A stretch of DNA of 10,132 bases from Thermoplasmata archaeon (GCA_020348445.1 CP070751.1:1380919-1391050); one strand, 5' to 3'. Shown: positions 1 through 5,530, numbered from the stretch's first letter. Program-made: numbers and translations. Notes: generated from the letters alone by a model not told the origin.

Positions 1-1593
1 TATTTCGTCTCCGACGTTGAGATCATATTGTTCGGCAGTATGGTTTGCTATAACGATTTTCCCGTCCCCAATTTCCATGACTCCTGCCTTTAATTCGTAG
101 GGGGCCAATTCTCCAAAGAAATCGATGTTCCTTTGGGATTCTAAAAAACTGTAGGTCTCGATCCAGATATCTTCATGGATAATTGGATAATCATCTGCCT
201 TTGCATCGATTGTTATGGTATAATCTCCGGCTGTAATACGGATATCATAATAGCCATATTGATTTGTCTTACCAAGTCTATATGTGTCCAAAACTTCAAT
301 GTGGGCACCCTCCAATGGGGCTCCATCTGCAGTATATACATACCCTTTTATTGAAGAGTTCATATGTTTTAAAAAGAAGTTCAATTGCCTGGTCTCCCCA
401 GCCAAAACAGATAATTTCATTTCTTCCTCCATATATCCAGATTCGTAGACATATATCGATACATTCCCATGGGATATGTTCAAATTAAAATAACCAAGAT
501 CATTTGTCCATTCATCGTACCAATAATCGAAATCGAGACTTTGAACGATAACCCATGCATGATAGATGGGTGCACTGCTCATTTGATCATACACATACCC
601 TTCCAAAAGCACATCCTCTACAGGGTCAATTACCACTGTAAGGTTTAGCCATACAATGGAATTGCTTGCAACCGCAACTTGAGAGTGATTTGTAAAAGGC
701 CCCCTCCACGAGCCCGACAATCCTTTAACTGAGATATTACCAGGGACCGTGTTTATGTGGTAGTAGCCTTTTTCGATTGAAGTAAAATTGCTATGCGGTA
801 TAGTATGATTCCATATTTCAATATACAAACTTCCGGTGTACGGATCGCCTGTCCTTGGATCCTTAACGTAACCCTCAATAGATGAACTTTCTATATCGTA
901 TATATGAAAGTCAAGATGTTTTTCCGGCTCCGAGGATGTGATGTTCACCCTCTCTATATGGTATGTTGAATCTCCAAGTTCCACCCTGATCTCATGCTCA
1001 GATGCAGGCAGGAAAAGTTCGTAATAACCTGATTCGGTGGTGTTGATGTAGGTTGAATAACCCTCGTACCAGGTTACGCTTTGCATCTCATAGGCTTTTA
1101 CTGTTATCTTTTCTACAGGTTTGCCATTATGAAGCGAGTACACGTTTCCATAGAGCTTATAGGTCTTGTGGGGGATCTGCTCCAAAGATGTGTTCAACCA
1201 TAAAGTGCCGTTTTGTGGGACCTGAATGTCTACCCTCTTTTCATTGTAGCCATATGTCGGTGTGATGATGGTAGAGCTGTTGTGAATTTCAAACCTGGTG
1301 GCCAAATGGGTCATAGCAAGAGATTCTTTTACACCGAATTTAGATTCCAATTGATCTTCCATGGTTCGGACATCCTCGGTGGACAGAATATCCTCTGATG
1401 CACCTAGTAGATCATATTTAAAATCTTTAAGCTCTTCTGCGAGAACATCCCTTGCAGTTGTATCCAAGGCTATGTTCTCCCCGGCGATCAGACTTACTGC
1501 AAGAACAACTCCAATTATTGAGGATAATGTCCTTCCCTTGTTTCGAAAAATGTCTTTTATAACGAACCTAGAAAATGCCAAAGTCCCTGCCAA
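1..1593 (-). CDS. MacB/FtsX-like ABC transporter permease, N-terminal 531 aa only (continues past window start), with four carboxypeptidase-regulatory-like repeats in the extracellular domain
   Basis: Manual translation of the minus strand gives a stop-free frame from a TTG at 1593 to base 1 (in-frame TAA at 1653-1651 upstream; alternative TTG at 1581). The N-terminus MAGTLAFSRFVIKDIFRNKGRTLSSIIGVVLAVSLIAG matches the MacB/FtsX N-terminal helix plus first TM pattern. The last residues KIVIANHTAEQYDLNVGDEI match the MacB periplasmic-core 'A..l.l.vGD.i' motif. Absent from the ORF track, presumably because no stop lies inside the window. Start codon is inferred. Confidence 0.85.
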   Translation of the reverse strand, partial: MAGTLAFSRFVIKDIFRNKGRTLSSIIGVVLAVSLIAGENIALDTTARDVLAEELKDFKYDLLGASEDILSTEDVRTMEDQLESKFGVKESLAMTHLATRFEIHNSSTIITPTYGYNEKRVDIQVPQNGTLWLNTSLEQIPHKTYKLYGNVYSLHNGKPVEKITVKAYEMQSVTWYEGYSTYINTTESGYYELFLPASEHEIRVELGDSTYHIERVNITSSEPEKHLDFHIYDIESSSIEGYVKDPRTGDPYTGSLYIEIWNHTIPHSNFTSIEKGYYHINTVPGNISVKGLSGSWRGPFTNHSQVAVASNSIVWLNLTVVIDPVEDVLLEGYVYDQMSSAPIYHAWVIVQSLDFDYWYDEWTNDLGYFNLNISHGNVSIYVYESGYMEEEMKLSVLAGETRQLNFFLKHMNSSIKGYVYTADGAPLEGAHIEVLDTYRLGKTNQYGYYDIRITAGDYTITIDAKADDYPIIHEDIWIETYSFLESQRNIDFFGELAPYELKAGVMEIGDGKIVIANHTAEQYDLNVGDEI

Positions 1594-1629
1594 GATAGCC
1601 CTTCTTTTGTTTTTGAATAAGATATTTGT

Positions 1630-1650
1630 CCAACCATATATATATGTTGG
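1630..1650. promoter_or_regulatory. Near-perfect palindrome around an (AT)5 core; candidate TATA element or operator for the divergent permease gene
   Basis: CCAAC-C-ATATATATAT-GTTGG, about 40-55 nt upstream of the minus-strand TTG start. The palindrome is seen directly; the function is inferred. Confidence 0.35.
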
Positions 1651-1688
1651 TTATATCCATATTTTCTAGCCAAAATCCTGTTTGTTAT

Positions 1689-1703
1689 CAAAAGATATAA
1701 ATA
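1689..1703 (+). promoter_or_regulatory. Archaeal BRE/TATA promoter upstream of the 33-aa ORF
   Basis: Purine-rich CAAAAGA (1689-1695) directly followed by TATAAATA (1696-1703). A start site about 25 nt downstream would fall just before the GAGGG RBS-like motif at 1729-1733. Confidence 0.55.
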
Positions 1704-1739
1704 TCGGCATGACCATAGTATCTTTAGCGAGGGCATAAA

Positions 1740-1841
1740 ATGAAAGAGATCAATTTCCGATGGCTAGAAAAAATCGACACAACTGCCCCAACACCAGTTA
1801 AGTCGATGATTGCGGATCCATTCCCAAATCTTCCGATTTAG
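1740..1841 (+). CDS. 33-aa small ORF MKEINFRWLEKIDTTAPTPVKSMIADPFPNLPI; candidate RiPP precursor peptide
   Basis: ATG at 1740, TAG at 1839-1841, GAGGG 6 nt upstream, TATA box at 1696-1703. Co-oriented with and 110 nt upstream of the rSAM-RRE-protease gene. Shorter than any ORF in the supplied track. Confidence 0.6.
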   Translation: MKEINFRWLEKIDTTAPTPVKSMIADPFPNLPI

Positions 1842-1950
1842 ATAAAAGGATATCTACTTCTCAGGGAACCCAACCTTACTATTATTAAATGTTATTCTTT
1901 TAGATTTTAACACCAAATAAGATTTAATAGCTATTTGCATTGGTGTATAG

Positions 1951-4518
1951 ATGAGTCTTCCCAGTGACAAATTTATTGACAGAAAGGCATACTTCGAGGA
2001 GCATGTAAAAAACGCAGAAAAGTTCATGAAGAATCCGAGGCTTAGATTGATTATCTGGGAGGCCACAAAAAACTGTGACTTTAACTGCCAGCATTGTTGC
2101 AATCCAAAGGAGGATTGGATACCCAAAGAGGAATTGAAAACCTCGGAGGTAAAACGTTTTTTTTGGGAAATTTCCCAGGATTTTGATGCAAAGGAGATAG
2201 GAGTTGGAATCACTGGTGGCGAGCCCACATTAAGAGACGATCTGGTGGAAGTAATACAACATATATCCAAGTTGGGATTTAGAGTTGGTCTATCCACTCA
2301 TGGGTATGGTCTTGGAAGGGATACAGATAAGATAGATAGATTGGTGAAGGCCGGGGTTGTGAGCTTTGCAATTTCCCTCGACGGAATGAAATCAACACAC
2401 AACGGAATAAGGGGCGCAAAATGTTTTGATGAGGTTGTCAGGGCCATCAGGTATCTGAGAGAAAACTATCCCGATGTAAAGTGTGAAGTTGCAACTGTGG
2501 TTACAAAGCACAACTTTAAAGAATTGGACCAGATGCACAGATTTCTTGAACATATCGGAGTACAGGACTGGAAGATCGCAGTTGCGGTCCCAATCAAAAG
2601 AGCAAAAGACGATCCTCGGATGATCCTGTCTGATTTTGACTTTCAAAAACTCATGGATTGGCTTTCTGAAAAAAATAAGCAATTTGATGCGGGTAGAACT
2701 GAACTTCACCCCCAGTTCGTAGACGAGGGTTGGTGCGGGAGGGATTACGAAGGAAAGGTGGCCCAAAGTCTGTTTTTCTGCCATGCGGGCCTTACAATTG
2801 CCAGCATCATGTATGATGGAAAGGTCGGGGTATGCCTTGAGGTCCCAAAAAATCTTAGTGTCCAGGGCGATTTAAAGAAACGCAGATTTTCTGAGATATG
2901 GAAGAATGAATTTGGGATTTTCAGAGGTAAAGATTGGCTTTATAAGGACAAATGCGCGGCCTGTTCAGAATGGGTATTTTGCAAGGGAGGGGCCATGCAT
3001 AATCGCACCTCAAATGGAAAGCTGATGCAGTGCCCTTTTTTAAGACTTCAGAAGATCGAGAAGAAGGGAGAGAAGAGGGAGATTCTGATAGACGAAATAG
3101 AGGAGATTAGAACGGCAGAACTGTTCCCTTTAGTTATGACCCAGCAAGATGACGGTTATATTGTGGGAAGGGAAGAAATCGGATCCTATGCCCTTTTTCC
3201 TGAAGAAGGTGTTGAGACAATACGCTTACTACAGTATACCTCTTCGATATCCAAGGTCCAAAACCAATTAAAAAATAAATACCATGAAGAAATCGATGTC
3301 CAGGGATTTGTTAGGGAGCTGGCTAAAGGAGGTCTTGTAAAGAGTATAAATGAGCAGGTCATCGAAACCCCAGCCGAAGAAAAGGTAAGAAGCGTTTTCA
3401 ACAATATAAGCCAAAAAAGGGTGAAATGGCTTTTCTCCATACCAGCGGCCGTCTTTTTTTTATTTATCATTGCCATTGGTTTATGGATAATACTTCTTAA
3501 TCCGATTTATTATCCAAGTTATACAGACTTTTTTATCAGCCAGAGATATACGATCATCGGATTGACAACAATAATTGTGAGCTTTGTTCTTATGATTAAA
3601 CATGAACTTGCCCATCTATTTGCAGCTAGGGCTTACGGAGCCAAAAGCCGAATAAGAATCTCTAACAGGCTGATATACATAGTAATGGAAACCGATCTTT
3701 CCAATCTATGGCTTCTTCCTAAGCGTAAGAGGATGGTTGCATATTTAGCAGGCATGATGAGCGACTTGCTTTTGATTTCCATTTTATTAATTCTTCTTTA
3801 CCTTCATGATGGTGGGGGATATGAGTACATTGCCGAAAGCACCGGAGTCTCTATTTTCCTTGGATTCGACGCCCTTATCGGCAGTGTGTATTTCTATAAA
3901 ATCGCGAAACTGATTATCTTTCTCTCTTTTATTATGATAGCCTTTCAGTTCATGTTTTACATGAGAACAGACGTCTATTATATTGTGGCTCACAGTTTAG
4001 ACTGCAAGAATCTTTATAACGATGCAAGAACCCTGATAAAAAACACGACAAGAAGATTGGTTCGAAAACCCATCACTCCTTTGGAAGAGGGGATACCAGA
4101 TCGGGAGATGAAAGTCATTAGGGGCTACGCAGTGCTTCATTTTGTGGGCGTGGCTTTAGTGATTTTACTGATGATATATATCATGCTTCCTCTTCTCTGG
4201 GTATTGTACACAGGTGCCTTCAATAATATGTATCTTGGCCTTGAGTCAGGTGAAATCGCTACTTGGTATTTTTTAGATGCGTTTACCTTTGTAATTGTTC
4301 ATGCGATCTTCTTTACCTTCCTTGGATATTTGGCAATAAAGAAACGCAAAAGACATGTTTTTAGGTATGTCACAGATAAAGAATCTAAGGTTCCAGATAT
4401 AGTGATGTCCACTGTAAGATGCCCAAATTGTAAGGGACTATTTGGTGTAGAGATGTTTTCCTCAGAAACCCAGTGCCCCCACTGTGGTGTTAAGGGGACG
4501 CTGAGCTATGGTAGCTAG
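1951..4518 (+). CDS. Multidomain fusion: radical SAM/SPASM enzyme + PqqD-like RiPP recognition element + M50-like intramembrane zinc metalloprotease + C-terminal zinc ribbon (855 aa)
   Basis: CDFNCQHC (CxxxCxxC) at 2074-2097 and ITGGEPTLR. SPASM cysteines at 2779, 2833, 2953, 2962, 2980, 3031. RRE-like segment ~3121-3360 (GYIVGREEIGSYALFPEEGVETIRLL...DVQGFVRELAKGGLV). HELAH at 3601-3615, LAGMMSD ending at 3765, RTDVYY with Asp at 3970, and about 6-7 hydrophobic helices. CPNC...CPHC at 4420-4485. One uninterrupted frame. Confidence 0.9.
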   Translation: MSLPSDKFIDRKAYFEEHVKNAEKFMKNPRLRLIIWEATKNCDFNCQHCCNPKEDWIPKEELKTSEVKRFFWEISQDFDAKEIGVGITGGEPTLRDDLVEVIQHISKLGFRVGLSTHGYGLGRDTDKIDRLVKAGVVSFAISLDGMKSTHNGIRGAKCFDEVVRAIRYLRENYPDVKCEVATVVTKHNFKELDQMHRFLEHIGVQDWKIAVAVPIKRAKDDPRMILSDFDFQKLMDWLSEKNKQFDAGRTELHPQFVDEGWCGRDYEGKVAQSLFFCHAGLTIASIMYDGKVGVCLEVPKNLSVQGDLKKRRFSEIWKNEFGIFRGKDWLYKDKCAACSEWVFCKGGAMHNRTSNGKLMQCPFLRLQKIEKKGEKREILIDEIEEIRTAELFPLVMTQQDDGYIVGREEIGSYALFPEEGVETIRLLQYTSSISKVQNQLKNKYHEEIDVQGFVRELAKGGLVKSINEQVIETPAEEKVRSVFNNISQKRVKWLFSIPAAVFFLFIIAIGLWIILLNPIYYPSYTDFFISQRYTIIGLTTIIVSFVLMIKHELAHLFAARAYGAKSRIRISNRLIYIVMETDLSNLWLLPKRKRMVAYLAGMMSDLLLISILLILLYLHDGGGYEYIAESTGVSIFLGFDALIGSVYFYKIAKLIIFLSFIMIAFQFMFYMRTDVYYIVAHSLDCKNLYNDARTLIKNTTRRLVRKPITPLEEGIPDREMKVIRGYAVLHFVGVALVILLMIYIMLPLLWVLYTGAFNNMYLGLESGEIATWYFLDAFTFVIVHAIFFTFLGYLAIKKRKRHVFRYVTDKESKVPDIVMSTVRCPNCKGLFGVEMFSSETQCPHCGVKGTLSYGS

Positions 4519-4536
4519 GCTCGATAACGTTCTATA

Positions 4537-4543
4537 TTTTTTT
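4537..4543 (+). terminator. Oligo(dT) archaeal-type terminator candidate after the rSAM fusion gene
   Basis: T7 tract 19 nt after the TAG stop, followed by further pyrimidine-rich sequence. Confidence 0.45.
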
Positions 4544-4566
4544 GTTCCCTTCCCAAAAACCCTCTC

Positions 4567-4706
4567 CACCCTTACCTCTTCTCTGTGGTCTACTCCATCC
4601 CCTCCATCGTGGCCTATATCATCCCCACCACCCGTTCCCCCTCTGTCGTGACCTATTCAAATCCCTCCGTACTTACCCCCACCGTCGTGGCCTATTCCAT
4701 TTCCTT
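4567..4706. repeat. Degenerate ~39-bp tandem repeat, about 3.6 copies, pyrimidine-rich on + and G-rich on -
   Basis: Core GTG(G/A)(C/T)CTA starts at 4585, 4609, 4648 and 4687 (spacings 24, 39, 39). Minus-strand consensus is approximately GAGGGGATGGAATAGGCCACGACAGAGGGGGTAAGGGTG. Confidence 0.75.
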
Positions 4707-4856
4707 TATGATTGATTCATAGTCCACTTTGCTCTTCGGTTATACTATAAATAAATTATATCTTAAACCTCAGGACACCCACCCAATAATTCATGAAATA
4801 AAGAAGAATAAAAGCGATATGAGGGCATTTCCTCCGCAACATTTATATTGTAGCCA

Positions 4857-4883
4857 CTATATAACCACAAAGTATCTATATAA
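4857..4883 (+). promoter_or_regulatory. Tandem CTATATAA boxes; probable TATA promoter of the DUF2080-GNAT-bzd operon
   Basis: CTATATAA at 4857-4864 and 4876-4883. The second ends about 26 nt before the ATG at 4909, which lacks a strong RBS, consistent with a leaderless or short-leader archaeal transcript. Confidence 0.5.
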
Positions 4884-4908
4884 TGACTGTATTGTGACAG
4901 TGATTGCA

Positions 4909-5058
4909 ATGCCTCCTGAGAATTCAACAAAATCCAAATTCGAGGTTTACGGGGAGGAGATGATCGAAAAAGAAGTCAAGCCCTCGGGAAACAGCGGTAG
5001 GGTTTACCTTCCACCTGACTGGGTGGGCAAACATGTGAAGATCATAAGAATCGACTGA
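4909..5058 (+). CDS. DUF2080-family small protein (AbrB/SpoVT-like beta-hairpin pattern), 49 aa
   Basis: MPPENSTKSKFEVYGEEMIEKEVKPSGNSGRVYLPPDWVGKHVKIIRID carries the characteristic 'K.VKP.GNSGRVYLP..W.G..VKII' pattern. The track's 4729 start adds AT-rich promoter sequence, so I place the start at ATG 4909 in the same frame. Confidence 0.8.
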   Translation: MPPENSTKSKFEVYGEEMIEKEVKPSGNSGRVYLPPDWVGKHVKIIRID

Positions 5059-5069
5059 GGTGAATTACA

Positions 5070-5507
5070 ATGGATGTGAATGTCAGGCCCTTAACTGAGA
5101 ATGACTTTGATGCTGTCTCGGAAATTCAAGAGGCAATTACAAAGAAAAAACCAGGGGAGGGACTAAAAAGAAGGATGCATGATTACATCAACAAAGATCC
5201 CGAGGCCAACCTGGTTGCCGAGGCCGAGGGGAAGGTCGTGGGTTTTGTAATAGGTGGAATAAAGGACTGGGAATTCGGGGTGGAGAAAAGCGGCTGGCTG
5301 GAGATAATCGGTATACATCCAAAGTACATGGGCCAGGGTATAGGAAGGATGCTGGGCAAAAAACTGCTTGAGCACTTCAAAAAGAAGAACATCAAAAACA
5401 TCTATACTGTGGCAAGATGGGACTCTGGTGATCTTTTGGCATTTTTCAAGTCAATTGGTTTTGACAGAAGTGATTTTATTAATTTGGAAAGACGACTGGA
5501 AGATTAA
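5070..5507 (+). CDS. GNAT-family N-acetyltransferase
   Basis: Acetyl-CoA-binding motif A (IGIHPKYMGQGIGRML), N-terminal VRPLTENDFDAV strand-helix and C-terminal LAFFKSIGF. RBS GAGGTGA overlaps the upstream stop codon. Confidence 0.9.
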   Translation: MDVNVRPLTENDFDAVSEIQEAITKKKPGEGLKRRMHDYINKDPEANLVAEAEGKVVGFVIGGIKDWEFGVEKSGWLEIIGIHPKYMGQGIGRMLGKKLLEHFKKKNIKNIYTVARWDSGDLLAFFKSIGFDRSDFINLERRLED

Positions 5508-5530
5508 AATAGAAATTGTGGAGGGATAAA

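Noticed and set aside
264-1669. Plus-strand ORFs 264-488, 1053-1265, 1213-1398 and 1361-1669
   Set aside because: All are antisense to the long minus-strand permease frame and show no recognisable motifs.
1709-1738. 9-aa ORF MTIVSLARA ending 1 nt before the 33-aa ORF
   Set aside because: Its ATG is only about 6 nt after the TATA box, upstream of the expected transcription start, and it has no RBS.
1910-1946. ACACCAA/TTGGTGT inverted repeat that could hide the GGTG RBS of the maturase
   Set aside because: Only a 7-bp AT-containing stem with a long loop, within chance expectation. A TTTAATA at 1923-1929 could equally be a separate promoter.
1854-3993. Minus-strand ORFs 1854-2297, 2392-2784, 3186-3476 and 3787-3993
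   Set aside because: Antisense shadows of the well-supported 855-aa gene.
4590-4694. Pyrrolysine readthrough of the four in-frame TAG codons in the repeat
   Set aside because: TAG is the ordinary stop of the 855-aa gene, bzdN and bzdO in this window, no pyl genes are visible, and the frame lacks a good start.
4567-4706. Repeat array as a CRISPR mini-array or archaeal ORB replication origin
   Set aside because: Units are too degenerate, the inter-core segments resemble each other rather than being unique spacers, there are no cas or cdc6/orc1 genes in the window, and the core does not match the TCCAGTGGAAAC-type ORB despite the G-strings.
4585-4722. Repeat as a coding region: plus-strand GTG-started 45-aa frame (VVYSIPSIVAY...) or minus-strand IGHDG-repeat frame
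   Set aside because: The plus frame has no RBS and lies beyond the T7 terminator candidate. The minus frame has in-frame TGA stops and no start codon.
4729-4908. N-terminal extension of the DUF2080 ORF given by the track (109 aa)
   Set aside because: It translates AT-rich promoter DNA; family similarity begins only after ATG 4909.
4909-5058. DUF2080 as evidence of a mobile element
   Set aside because: No transposase, terminal inverted repeats or target duplications are visible; the gene is embedded at the head of a metabolic operon.
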